From: a virus
Lineage: Duplodnaviria; Heunggongvirae; Uroviricota; Caudoviricetes
DNA: 39,213 nt
Virus record (IMG/VR): IMGVR_UViG_2562617057_000005
Direction: 5' to 3' (one strand)
The notes beneath the pieces were generated by a model. It was not told where the DNA came from. It made no database searches and saw only the letters and a program-made list of their open reading frames with translations. Numbering within the stretch: position 1 is the stretch's first letter; every line of letters starts with the position of its first letter. Of the stretch, positions 27,161-36,458 are shown one piece after another. Both the position numbers and the translations under genes were made by a program.

Positions 27161-27221
27161 CTTTAATATCCGTCACGCGCTTCTCCCGACATACTGCCCT
27201 GAACTTACACAGGAGCACATC

Positions 27222-27557
27222 ATGTCACAGACCTCATCCGATATTTTTACGCTGTCTTATCCCTTCACCACTGCTGCAGGCACCAGAATTGAGCTGGTTG
27301 AACTGAAACGTCTGACGGTCAAAGACCTGAAGCAAGTACGTAAAATCAGCAAAAACCCGGCTGACTGGGACGAACCGCTGATTGCCCGCAGTACTGGTCT
27401 TCTCCCGGAAGATCTCGACAATATGGACCTGGCTGATTACCTGCAGTTGCAGAAACGATTTCAGCTCGTCACGGGGATGGGTGAGAGCAACGAAGGCGCT
27501 GACGCAGGCGCAGGGGCTGCTGGCAAGGTGGTTCAGGTTTCAGCCGGGGGAGATTGA
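27222..27557 (+). CDS. tail assembly chaperone (P2 E-like), frame-0 product
   Basis: 111 aa between tube and tape-measure genes; AGGAG ribosome-binding site; ends GKVVQVSAGGD. Confidence 0.75.
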   Translation: MSQTSSDIFTLSYPFTTAAGTRIELVELKRLTVKDLKQVRKISKNPADWDEPLIARSTGLLPEDLDNMDLADYLQLQKRFQLVTGMGESNEGADAGAGAAGKVVQVSAGGD

Positions 27558-27639
27558 TGCCCTCGATACTGACGATCTGGAGATGTGGCTGGAGCAGGCT
27601 GAAGAGCAAATCAGAAGCGAGTACGGCGACAAATCATAG
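27222..27639 (+). CDS. predicted frameshift-extended tail assembly chaperone (E+E'-like); shift near the G run at about 27546-27550
   Basis: An overlapping ORF in the +1 frame has a protein-like C-terminal part (GEIDALDTDDLEMWLEQAEEQIRSEYGDKS) while its upstream part is junk-like. Exact shift site not determined. Confidence 0.5.
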
Positions 27640-27714
27640 TACAGACAGCCGCCAGCAGCGGCTGTTCTGCGTTATCCCCCCACGTCTTTTCACCTTCCCC
27701 GGAGGTTAACCACT

Positions 27715-30192
27715 ATGTCGGGACAGTTTTCAGTCGGCGTTGTTATCGGCGGGATGATTGGCAGCACATTCCGTTCTGCAATGAGCGGTACCCGCCGTGC
27801 GCTTGATTCCCTGAGCGATACCTCACGCCGCCTGCAGGAACGTCAGAACGCTTTAACCCGTGCAACAGAACGTTATGGTCAACTGGGTTCTTCCCGGATG
27901 CAGCGTCTCAACAGCGAGCTGCTGCGGGTAAGCCGCACCATGGAGCAAATTGAGCGCCAGCAGCGCCGCCTGTCAGCGGCATCAGCGACCAGTGATGCGC
28001 TGAAAGCTAACCGCATGGCGCTGTATGGTCAGGGACTTGAAGCGTATGGCATGACACAGACTGTTTATCATACGGTTTCCCCGGCCGTTCAGCAGTCCAT
28101 GTCTTTTCAGGACAAAATGATTGATATGTCGATCACCGCAAAATATGACAATAAAACGCGGGATGCACTTGCCGGACAGATAAAAGGCTGGGCACTTAAA
28201 TACAATCAGTATCAGGATGAGCTGCAGGAGGCGGTGGGTTCGCTCATCAGCGACAATATTGATAACTTGTCAGATATCGGTTTTCTGATGCCGGATATTG
28301 CCCGCGCGGCAACGGCAACACGCACGTCATCTCAGGACTGGGCAAAAGTGGCCGCTGTCTGGCAAAACTCCCTGAAAGGTGCCGCCAGAGATTTTGGTGC
28401 CGTCCAGAATATTATGGCTTATGCCGGTGATCAGGGGTCATTTGAAATTCCGGATCAGGTCAAATGGATGCAGTCCCTGGCCCCAATGATGGCGGGCGTT
28501 GCCAGTGGAAAAGAGGCTGTTGCTGAAATCGGGGCCAGTCTCCAGATAGCAAAAATCGGTGCGGGCTCCACCGACGAAGCGGCCAATAACTTTAAAAACT
28601 TTCTTACCAAAATTTTTGCCCGCGATACTCAGAAACAGTTTGCTGACCTGGGTATTGATTTGCAGGGATCTATTGCGAGTTATAAGGCTGCGGGGATCTC
28701 TCCGATTGAAGGGATGTTGAGTGTTATAGAGCGTTACCTCAATACAAAAAGCCCCGAAGCTCTGGCCGGGTTCAAATCCGCCATGAAAATAAAAAATGAT
28801 ACGGCAAGAGATGAGGCACTTCAGGCTCTGGCAAAAAACTTTGGTCTGGGCGATATGTTCGCGGATATGCAGGTCATGGCGTTTATCCGCCCGATGCTGG
28901 CCAACATGGACAGGTACCGCGAGATTCGTGCCGGTGCCCTCAGGGCTGCGGATAACGATTTGCTTGCCAGTGCTTACGATCAGCGGCTGAAATCTCCCTC
29001 TGAAGCCACTAAAGCGCTTATGGTCAGCAGTCGCGATCTGGCTATTACGCTGGGCGATCAGCTCGCCCCCTCTTTTATTTCTCTGGCACAGGAGTTGATC
29101 CCACTCATTCAGGGGGCAAAACACTGGGTGGCGACTCACCCGCAATTTGTCAGTGGGGCTTTTAAGCTCATCAGTGCGCTCCTTGCGATTAAGATAGCGA
29201 CTATTGGCCTCAAACTGGGGCTGAATCTTCTTATTTCCCCCTTTGTGAACGTCTGGAAAACTGCTGTTTTACTCCGGACCAACTGGCGTCGACTGACTAC
29301 CGCACTCGGAGAAGGTGGCAAATTACGCTGGCTTGTCACTGGATTCAGCCGACTGACCCGCGGAGGACTGAAACTCAGCAAAGTTCTGACGGGCAGCCTC
29401 GTTCGCGGTTTTATGATTGCTGCACGCGCCGTTCTCTGGATTGGCCGGGCGCTGATGATGAATCCCATCGGTCTCGTTATCACCGCCGTTGCGGCAGCAG
29501 CTTACCTTATCTACCACAACTGGGGCGCAGTCAGTAGCTGGTTTAAACAGCGCTGGGCTGACATTCAGGAAGCCTTTAACGGCGGCATCGCGGGAACTGG
29601 TAAACTGCTGGTTAACTGGTCTCCGGCGGGGCTGCTTTATAAAGCCTTTGCGGCTGCGCTGAAATATCTCGGCGTTGATCTGCCGGCGAAGTTCACCGAC
29701 TTCGGTGGTCATCTTATCGACGGGCTGATAAATGGCATCAGAAACAAATGGGAGTCGCTCAAAACCAGCGTAACCGGAATGGGTGACAGCATCAGTGACT
29801 GGTTCAGCGAAAAGCTGGGCATCCATTCGCCGAGTCGCGTGTTTATGGGCTTTGGTGACAATATCGCGCAGGGTGCCGCCATTGGCCTGCAGCGAACCAC
29901 TCCGCTTGCTGCACTGGCCGGGCAGCGCCTGGCCGCTGAAATGACACCGGATGTTCCCCGTATCCCGTCGCCGGAAATCATGGCTGCCGGATATTCAGGC
30001 CGTGGCGCAACTGCAACTGGCGGTGGAGCGTCTGGCGGTATCCAGGTCAGCTTTAATCCTCAGTTTTTCCTCAATGGTAAGGAAACCGCAGCGCCTGCCG
30101 GGCTGACTGGAGCCCTGAATATGAGCCTGCATGAGCTGGAAAAAATGCTGGAGCGTCTGCTGGCTCAGAAACAACGTAAGGAGTACCGCTGA
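27715..30192 (+). CDS. tail tape measure protein
   Basis: 825 aa, helical/repetitive, with hydrophobic segments; GGAGG upstream; position after the chaperone. Confidence 0.9.
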   Translation: MSGQFSVGVVIGGMIGSTFRSAMSGTRRALDSLSDTSRRLQERQNALTRATERYGQLGSSRMQRLNSELLRVSRTMEQIERQQRRLSAASATSDALKANRMALYGQGLEAYGMTQTVYHTVSPAVQQSMSFQDKMIDMSITAKYDNKTRDALAGQIKGWALKYNQYQDELQEAVGSLISDNIDNLSDIGFLMPDIARAATATRTSSQDWAKVAAVWQNSLKGAARDFGAVQNIMAYAGDQGSFEIPDQVKWMQSLAPMMAGVASGKEAVAEIGASLQIAKIGAGSTDEAANNFKNFLTKIFARDTQKQFADLGIDLQGSIASYKAAGISPIEGMLSVIERYLNTKSPEALAGFKSAMKIKNDTARDEALQALAKNFGLGDMFADMQVMAFIRPMLANMDRYREIRAGALRAADNDLLASAYDQRLKSPSEATKALMVSSRDLAITLGDQLAPSFISLAQELIPLIQGAKHWVATHPQFVSGAFKLISALLAIKIATIGLKLGLNLLISPFVNVWKTAVLLRTNWRRLTTALGEGGKLRWLVTGFSRLTRGGLKLSKVLTGSLVRGFMIAARAVLWIGRALMMNPIGLVITAVAAAAYLIYHNWGAVSSWFKQRWADIQEAFNGGIAGTGKLLVNWSPAGLLYKAFAAALKYLGVDLPAKFTDFGGHLIDGLINGIRNKWESLKTSVTGMGDSISDWFSEKLGIHSPSRVFMGFGDNIAQGAAIGLQRTTPLAALAGQRLAAEMTPDVPRIPSPEIMAAGYSGRGATATGGGASGGIQVSFNPQFFLNGKETAAPAGLTGALNMSLHELEKMLERLLAQKQRKEYR

Positions 30193-31076
30193 TGTTTGCC
30201 GTACTGGGTGATATTGAGTTTGAGCTGATTACCTACTGGGACGGCTTCGAGGCCACGTCCGGCGTCGATTATGCGGAGCATGCCCGCATCGGGGGTAAAC
30301 CCGGCCTGCAGTTCGTCGGCGACAGGCTGGACGAAATCCAGATAAGCCTGGTCTTCCATCAGCATTATTGTGTGCCCGACGTGGAGCTGGCGAGAGTGCG
30401 AACAGCCATGAAGGCCCATCAGGCACTGGCACTGGTCTTCGGCAACGGTGACTATCGCGGCTGGTTCGTGATTACCGATGTGACCGCAACCAGTGAGCAG
30501 ACAGACAGCACCGGTAACGTGCTGGCTGTCAGTGCCACCGTGTCTCTCCGGGAATACACCGGTGACCCGAAAAATCCTCTGCAACCGCCGGCAATACGCA
30601 GGCAGGTTCCCGGTGCCGGGGCCGTATCTGGTGCTGTTCCATCGCCTTCCGGGGTGGCGCAGTTCGTCCGTAACGGCGTCAACTGTGCGAAACAGGCGCA
30701 GTCTGTACTCCAGACCACTATCAGTGCTGTTCGGGTGGCGCAGAAAATGAAGGGTAACCCCGTTGTCGCACTGACCCGTGTGCCGGGACTGATGAGCGGA
30801 CTGGGTAATATATCCGGAGCTCTGGGGAAAAGTGTTCCGGCATTTAATGCACTCTCTGAATCCATGCCCGAAGCCATCAGTCTGGCCAGAACAGCCAGTG
30901 AGGCAGCCACGTATGTACAGCAGGCGCAGTCTGCGCTGAGTGGTGTGGACAAAAGAAATATTGCAGGTGCTCTGGATACCGTTTCCGGGCAGCTTAACGC
31001 CGCTGGCACAGCATTCAACCGCATGTCTCCGGGATTAAGTGCAATGGCCGCCAGAATACTGACGAGGAGTGTGTGA
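30192..31076 (+). CDS. tail protein, P2 gpU-like N-terminal domain with C-terminal extension
   Basis: MFAVLGDIEFELI ... GGKPGLQFVGDRLDEIQISLVF parallels the P2 gpU N-terminus. Confidence 0.7.
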   Translation: MFAVLGDIEFELITYWDGFEATSGVDYAEHARIGGKPGLQFVGDRLDEIQISLVFHQHYCVPDVELARVRTAMKAHQALALVFGNGDYRGWFVITDVTATSEQTDSTGNVLAVSATVSLREYTGDPKNPLQPPAIRRQVPGAGAVSGAVPSPSGVAQFVRNGVNCAKQAQSVLQTTISAVRVAQKMKGNPVVALTRVPGLMSGLGNISGALGKSVPAFNALSESMPEAISLARTASEAATYVQQAQSALSGVDKRNIAGALDTVSGQLNAAGTAFNRMSPGLSAMAARILTRSV

Positions 31077-31288
31077 TGTTTCTTGAACATATTACCCGTG
31101 ACGGAGAGCGCTGGGATTCGCTGGCATGGCAGTACTACGGTGACCCGCTGGGCTATCCCCGGATTATTGCCGCCAATCCGCACGTGGCCATTACGCCGGT
31201 GCTGCCCTCCGGGGTGTTGTTACTGATCCCGGTTATTGAGGCTGAAGATGCCCGCACAGAAGAGGATATTGCCCCATGGCTGAGATAA
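31076..31288 (+). CDS. tail protein X-like (LysM-like)
   Basis: About 70 aa; RDGERWDSLAWQYYGDP...IIAANPHV resembles P2 gpX. ATG at 31076 after a GTG at 31073. Confidence 0.7.
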   Translation: MFLEHITRDGERWDSLAWQYYGDPLGYPRIIAANPHVAITPVLPSGVLLLIPVIEAEDARTEEDIAPWLR

Positions 31289-32430
31289 ACAGCACTGCGC
31301 AAGCCACATCAGCGTTAACCGGCGTCAGCGAGGTGCTGACGCCGGTGTTCACGCTGTGGTATCTGCAGAAAAATATCACCTCTGATATCGCGCCTTATGT
31401 CACCCGTGTGGTCTGGAGCGATAACATCAAAAATGAGTCCGATACCATTGAGGTGGAGCTGGACGACACCGATGGCCGCTGGCTGGATAAGTGGTATCCG
31501 GGCAAGGGTGACACGCTGACGCTGAAAATGGGTTATCAGGGCGAGAAACTGCTGTCCTGCGGTACATTCTCAATAGACGAGATCGAAGTGAGTTCGCCCG
31601 CGTCCGTTGTCGCTATCCGTGGGGTGGCCACCTCGGTTAACAGTGCTCTGCGGACTAAATCCAGCCGTGGTTTTGAGAACACCACGCTGGCAGCTGTTGC
31701 GGGGCGGATTGCCAGAAAGCACCGACTGAAACTGGTGGGCAGCATTGAGTCCATCAGAATCGACCGGGTGACCCAGTATGCTGAAACCGACGTGGGTTTT
31801 CTGCGCCGGCTGGCCAGCGGGTATGGTTATGCAGTGAAAGTGGTCAGTGACCAGTTGATTTTTTCTCATCTGGCCACATTGCGCAGTCAGGAGCCGGTCA
31901 GGCAGTTAAAACCGCAGGATGTGGCCCGCTTTTCCCTGCGTGACACCATCAACCGGGTCTATAAATCTGCAAAGGTAAAACACCAGAAAAGCAGCAGTAA
32001 AAAACTGATCGTCTACGAAGCTGATGGTGGTACCCGTGAAAGCGACAAAAAGCTCAAAGGCGGTAAGGTTACCAGCGCTGACTCACTTAAAGTTAACAGC
32101 CGCGTCAGCGACCCGGACAGTGCCCGGATTAAAGCGGATTCAGCACTGGCCAGACATAACGAATATCAGCAGAACGGCTCCCTGACGCTGACGGGAACGC
32201 CTCAACTGACAGCAGGCAACAAAATTGAACTGGTGGGCTTTGGACAGTTATCCGGGCCATGGCTCATAACCACTGCCCGCCATGCGTTTGAGCGTAACAG
32301 CGGCTACACCACCGAGCTGGAAGTGGCACGGGGGCCAGTCACAAGAGGGAAAAAACAAAAAACTCAGAAACTCACGGTTTATCACCCGGATGGCAGTACA
32401 TCGACGGTGATTAAGGAGAAGAAAAAATGA
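31276..32430 (+). CDS. tail late-control/hub protein, P2 gpD-like
   Basis: 384 aa after the X-like gene; size and position match P2 D. Confidence 0.8.
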   Translation: MAEINSTAQATSALTGVSEVLTPVFTLWYLQKNITSDIAPYVTRVVWSDNIKNESDTIEVELDDTDGRWLDKWYPGKGDTLTLKMGYQGEKLLSCGTFSIDEIEVSSPASVVAIRGVATSVNSALRTKSSRGFENTTLAAVAGRIARKHRLKLVGSIESIRIDRVTQYAETDVGFLRRLASGYGYAVKVVSDQLIFSHLATLRSQEPVRQLKPQDVARFSLRDTINRVYKSAKVKHQKSSSKKLIVYEADGGTRESDKKLKGGKVTSADSLKVNSRVSDPDSARIKADSALARHNEYQQNGSLTLTGTPQLTAGNKIELVGFGQLSGPWLITTARHAFERNSGYTTELEVARGPVTRGKKQKTQKLTVYHPDGSTSTVIKEKKK

Positions 32431-32939
32431 CAGGTGTCACCCGTCAGGTCGGTACGGTCAGTGCCGTTGATGCCGACAGGGTTCAGGCCCGCGTTCGTCT
32501 GCCTGAATGCGATAACCTGCGCACAAACTGGCTTAACGTGCTGCAGCGCAATACCCAGGATAACAAGGATTACTGGCTCCCTGACGTGGGGGAGCAGGTT
32601 GAGGTGCTGCTCGATGCCAACGGCGAGGATGGTGTCATTCTGGGCGCGGTGTACTCAGACGTCGATAAACCGCCGTTCAGTGATAAAAACGTCCGGGGCA
32701 CGAAATACGCGGATGGCGCGGAGTTCAGTTATAACCGCGCGACCCATACGCTGACGGTCAAAGGAGGTATTGAGCATGTGGTGATCGAGGTTGCAGTGGG
32801 TATCAGCCTGAAGGGGAAAACCATTGATTTGACTGCTGACACCACCACGGTGAATGGCGACCTTGAAATTAACGGTAATGCCCACTCGACAGGTAGTATG
32901 CTGTCTGATGGTCAGAACTCTAATCATCACTCGCACTGA
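32427..32939 (+). CDS. baseplate spike protein, P2 gpV-like
   Basis: 170 aa with an OB-fold-like N-terminus and a His-rich C-terminal tip (NSNHHSH); AGGAG upstream. Confidence 0.8.
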   Translation: MTGVTRQVGTVSAVDADRVQARVRLPECDNLRTNWLNVLQRNTQDNKDYWLPDVGEQVEVLLDANGEDGVILGAVYSDVDKPPFSDKNVRGTKYADGAEFSYNRATHTLTVKGGIEHVVIEVAVGISLKGKTIDLTADTTTVNGDLEINGNAHSTGSMLSDGQNSNHHSH

Positions 32940-32995
32940 GATTTCTTAAACGCCTTTAATATCGGCGTTCCCTTCCGGGGGCAATACTGCCCCCC

Positions 32996-33343
32996 ATGAA
33001 AACGACCTCAGTATTCTGGCAACCGGCTCTGCAGGCTCCCGGCGAAATCGTCCGGGGGCTGGATGATATCCGGCAGTCCATTCAGATCATCCTGCGGACT
33101 CCCCGCGGCAGCGACCCGCATCGCCCGGAGTTCGGCAGTAATCTGCACCTTTATATCGACTGGCCTGTCGACCGGGCCATTCCGCATGTGGTTCGCGAAT
33201 CCGTCGATGCCATCAGGCGCTGGGAACCCCGCTGCCAGCTTATGTCGGTTAAACCCGCCGTCGACGGCGAACATCTTACGCTCCGGGTGAGCTGGAAAGG
33301 CTCAGACGGACAACCCCGTACTCAGGAACTGCTATGGCGCTGA
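32996..33343 (+). CDS. baseplate protein, P2 gpW-like
   Basis: 115 aa; IRQSIQIILRTPRGSDPHRPEFGSNL is characteristic of the gpW/gp25 family. Confidence 0.85.
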   Translation: MKTTSVFWQPALQAPGEIVRGLDDIRQSIQIILRTPRGSDPHRPEFGSNLHLYIDWPVDRAIPHVVRESVDAIRRWEPRCQLMSVKPAVDGEHLTLRVSWKGSDGQPRTQELLWR

Positions 33344-34437
33344 CAGAACCCGATTTTATTGAACGCGATGCCGATAAAATCACGGCAGAAATGATTGCGA
33401 AGTATGAAGCGGATACCGGCAAAACGTTGTATCCGGCACAGGCAGAACGTCTGCTGATAGACCTGTGGGCCTATCGCGAAATGCTGGTCAGGGTGGCGGT
33501 ACAGGAGGCGGCGAAGCTGAATCTGGTCGCCTTTTCCCGGGAGCCGATGATTGATTACCTCGGAGAACTGGTTGGTGTATACCGCCTTGCCGCGCAGCCT
33601 GCCACCACCACACTTCAGTTCTCTGTGGATGAGGCACTGGCCATTGATGTGCTGATCCCGGCAGGCACCCGCGTCAGCGCTTCCGACAGTATTATTTTTG
33701 CCACCGATACAGATGTGGTGCTGAAGGCCGGATTGCTGCTGGTCAATGCCCCGGCCACCTGTACCGAACCGGGTACCTCTGGCAACGGCTGGCAACCTGC
33801 GCAGGTCAGTCAGTTGCTTGATGAGATTGATAACGTTGACCTGCTGGTGACCAATCTGACGGCCAGCTCTGGCGGTTCAGAGCAGGAAGACAATGACCGG
33901 CTCCGGGAGCGTATCAGGCTGGCCCCGGAGTCATTCACCAATGCCGGAAGCCGTGGTGCATACCGTTTTCATGCTATGGGGGCGCATCCCAGCATTGTTG
34001 ACGTCGCTGTTCTTTCTCCCGCTCCCGGCACTGTCGAGCTGTATCCGCTGCTCAGCACTGGTCTGCCGGACAGCGGTATCCTCACTCTGGTAGAGAGTTT
34101 CTGTTCTGACGAAAAAGTCAGACCACTCACTGATACCGTGCGGGCTAAAACACCTGTTCAGGTGGATTACACCATTGAAGCCAGGATTACGATCTATCGT
34201 GATCAGGATGCAAGGTCGGTAAAGGACAACGCTAACAGCGCCATACAGAACTGGGTGGCATCACGTGCCGCCACGCTGGGGCGCGATATTGTCCCCAGCC
34301 AGATTATCAGTGCATTGTCCGTTTCCGGGGTGTACCAGGTTGAACTGGTGACACCGGCACTGCGGGTGGTTGCAGAAAACGAATGGGCAAACTGTACGGC
34401 GATCACTCTTAACATGACAGGGGTGTCCGATGGCTGA
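33334..34437 (+). CDS. baseplate protein J-like
   Basis: 367 aa following the W-like gene, with overlapping start. Confidence 0.85.
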   Translation: MALTEPDFIERDADKITAEMIAKYEADTGKTLYPAQAERLLIDLWAYREMLVRVAVQEAAKLNLVAFSREPMIDYLGELVGVYRLAAQPATTTLQFSVDEALAIDVLIPAGTRVSASDSIIFATDTDVVLKAGLLLVNAPATCTEPGTSGNGWQPAQVSQLLDEIDNVDLLVTNLTASSGGSEQEDNDRLRERIRLAPESFTNAGSRGAYRFHAMGAHPSIVDVAVLSPAPGTVELYPLLSTGLPDSGILTLVESFCSDEKVRPLTDTVRAKTPVQVDYTIEARITIYRDQDARSVKDNANSAIQNWVASRAATLGRDIVPSQIISALSVSGVYQVELVTPALRVVAENEWANCTAITLNMTGVSDG

Positions 34438-35008
34438 GGCGCTACAACTCCCGCCACCGCTTGAGGGTGATATCAGTCTCAGAACGCTGGGAAGACTGGC
34501 CGGACGGCTGGATAACATCGACCTGAGCGTACTGATGGTCTGTCTCGTCGATATCGTCGACAGTTCCGCGCTGCCATGGCTGGGCGAGCAGTTCTCGCTG
34601 TTCGGCGATGGCTGGGAACTGGCGGAATCTGACGATGTACGCCGCATGCTTATCAAATCCGCTATCGAGCTACACCGCTATAAAGGAACACCGTGGTCAA
34701 TCCGGGAAATTATCCGCCGTTTTGGCTTCGGCGAAGTGGAGCTGATTGAAGGGACAGGGCAGATCGGCTACGACGGTAAACACAGTTACAACGGACTTTT
34801 CGTCCACGGCGATGCACAAGCCTGGGCTGTCTATCGGGTCATCCTTCAACAGCCCATCACTAATGATCAGGCGGCGCTGTTACGTCAGACGCTTGCTGCC
34901 TTTGCTCCGGCTCGCTGTCATCTGGCAAGTCTGGAATATCAGTCTGTCGCCATTCGCTACAACAGTACTACCCGTTATAACGGTAGTTACAACCACGGGA
35001 GCAGTTAA
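34430..35008 (+). CDS. tail protein I-like (baseplate wedge)
   Basis: 192 aa between the J-like and tail-fibre genes. Confidence 0.8.
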   Translation: MAEALQLPPPLEGDISLRTLGRLAGRLDNIDLSVLMVCLVDIVDSSALPWLGEQFSLFGDGWELAESDDVRRMLIKSAIELHRYKGTPWSIREIIRRFGFGEVELIEGTGQIGYDGKHSYNGLFVHGDAQAWAVYRVILQQPITNDQAALLRQTLAAFAPARCHLASLEYQSVAIRYNSTTRYNGSYNHGSS

Positions 35009-35010
35009 TT

Positions 35011-36456
35011 ATGGCAAATCTACCCGAAACCCCGCAGTGGGAAAACGGCATCTACCAGATTGAGGTCTCTGACCCCGTTCTGGGCGGACCTGACGGAATT
35101 TCTAACCGTCAGGGTAAACAACTGGCCAGCCGCACGCTGTACCTGAAGCAACAGGTTGAAAAAGGCGGGGCTGACCTTGCGAAACACATCGCGGCAGCAG
35201 ACCCGCATACCCGGTACGCACAGAAAGCCAGTCCGGCATTCACCGGCACACCAACAGCACCTACACCTGCAAATGGCGATAACAGCAAAAAGCTGGCGAC
35301 AACGGAGTTTGTGGCCAAAGCACTTGCGGCACTTGCAGGCAGCGCCCCTGAGACACTGGATACGCTTAAAGAGCTGGCTGACGCTCTCGGTAATGATCCA
35401 AACTTTGCGACTACGGTACTGAACAAGCTGGCGGAAAAGCTGGCTAAAGACCAGAACGGCGCAGATATTCCTGATCCTGCGCTGTTTGTCAAAAACCTTG
35501 GTTTACAGGAAGCGATAAATCAGGCTTCTGGCGCATTACAGAAAAACCAGAACGGCGCAGATATTCCGGGGAAAGATACCTTCACCAAAAATATTGGTGC
35601 CTGCCGCGCATATAGCGCATGGCTGAATATTGGTGGCGATAGTCAGGTCTGGACAACCGCGCAATTTATTTCGTGGCTGGAGAGTCAGGGAGCATTTAAC
35701 CATCCTTACTGGATGTGCAAAGGCTCATGGGCTTATGCAAATAATAAGGTCATTACAGATACAGGTTGCGGAAATATTTGTCTTGCAGGTGCTGTGGTGG
35801 AAGTTATTGGCACTCGCGGCGCAATGACCATACGCGTTACCACGCCGGGCACGTCCAGCGGTGGCGGAATTACTAACGCTCAATTCACTTATATTAATCA
35901 TGGTGATGCTTACGCTCCTGGCTGGCGACGAGACTACAACACGAAAAATCAACAACCTGCATTTGCTTTAGGGCAAACAGGAAGCACTGTCGGAAATGAT
36001 AAAGCTGTTGGCTGGAACTGGAATAGCGGGGTCTATAACGCAAACATTGGTGGCGCATCGACATTAATCCTCCACTTCAATATGAATACGGGGAGCTGCC
36101 CTGCTGTACAGTTCCGCGTGAATTACAGGAACGGCGGTATTTTTTATCGTTCAGCGCGTGATGGTTATGGCTTTGAAGCTGACTGGTCAGAGTTTTACAC
36201 CACAACCCGCAAACCCTCTGCGGGAGATGTTGGTGCATATACGCAGGCAGAATGTAACTCAAGGTTTATTACAGGTATTCGCCTTGGTGGTCTGTTATCT
36301 GTTCAGACATGGAATGGTCCCGGATGGTATGACAGGTCAGGTTATGTCGTTACGGGTTCAGTTAACGGAAACCGTGATGAATTAATTGATACAACTCAGG
36401 CAAGGCCAGTTCAGTATTGCATTAATGGGACGTGGTATAACGCGGGGAGTATTTAA
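35011..36456 (+). CDS. tail fibre protein (Mu S-like): constant N-terminal part plus variable C-terminal part inside the invertible segment
   Basis: 481 aa; crosses the gix-like site at about 35490-35511; C-terminal motif INGTWYNAGSI is shared with the inverted alternative copy ([12 protein letters not shown]). Confidence 0.9.
   Translation: MANLPETPQWENGIYQIEVSDPVLGGPDGISNRQGKQLASRTLYLKQQVEKGGADLAKHIAAADPHTRYAQKASPAFTGTPTAPTPANGDNSKKLATTEFVAKALAALAGSAPETLDTLKELADALGNDPNFATTVLNKLAEKLAKDQNGADIPDPALFVKNLGLQEAINQASGALQKNQNGADIPGKDTFTKNIGACRAYSAWLNIGGDSQVWTTAQFISWLESQGAFNHPYWMCKGSWAYANNKVITDTGCGNICLAGAVVEVIGTRGAMTIRVTTPGTSSGGGITNAQFTYINHGDAYAPGWRRDYNTKNQQPAFALGQTGSTVGNDKAVGWNWNSGVYNANIGGASTLILHFNMNTGSCPAVQFRVNYRNGGIFYRSARDGYGFEADWSEFYTTTRKPSAGDVGAYTQAECNSRFITGIRLGGLLSVQTWNGPGWYDRSGYVVTGSVNGNRDELIDTTQARPVQYCINGTWYNAGSI
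35451..35471 (+). repeat. 21-bp perfect direct repeat, copy 1 (CCAGAACGGCGCAGATATTCC)
   Basis: Identical to 35547..35567; encodes QNGADIP in the fibre gene. Confidence 0.6.
35490..35511. repeat. gix-like recombination site, left (CAAAAACCTTGGTTTACAGGAA)
   Basis: Inverted repeat of the site at about 38561-38582 (20 of 22 positions); resembles the Mu gix core (TTCCTGTAAACCGAGGTTTTGGATAA) as I remember it. Confidence 0.7.
35547..35567 (+). repeat. 21-bp perfect direct repeat, copy 2
   Basis: Identical to 35451..35471; lies inside the invertible segment, copy 1 outside. Confidence 0.6.
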
Positions 36457-36458
36457 CG

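Noticed and set aside
28438-29826. Minus-strand ORFs (28438..29145, 29136..29483, 29323..29826) inside the tape-measure gene
   Set aside because: Antisense to the tape-measure gene; no independent support.
30452-31183. 243-aa minus-strand ORF across the gpU-like and X-like genes
   Set aside because: Antisense to two coupled tail genes; Ala/Pro-rich low-complexity translation.
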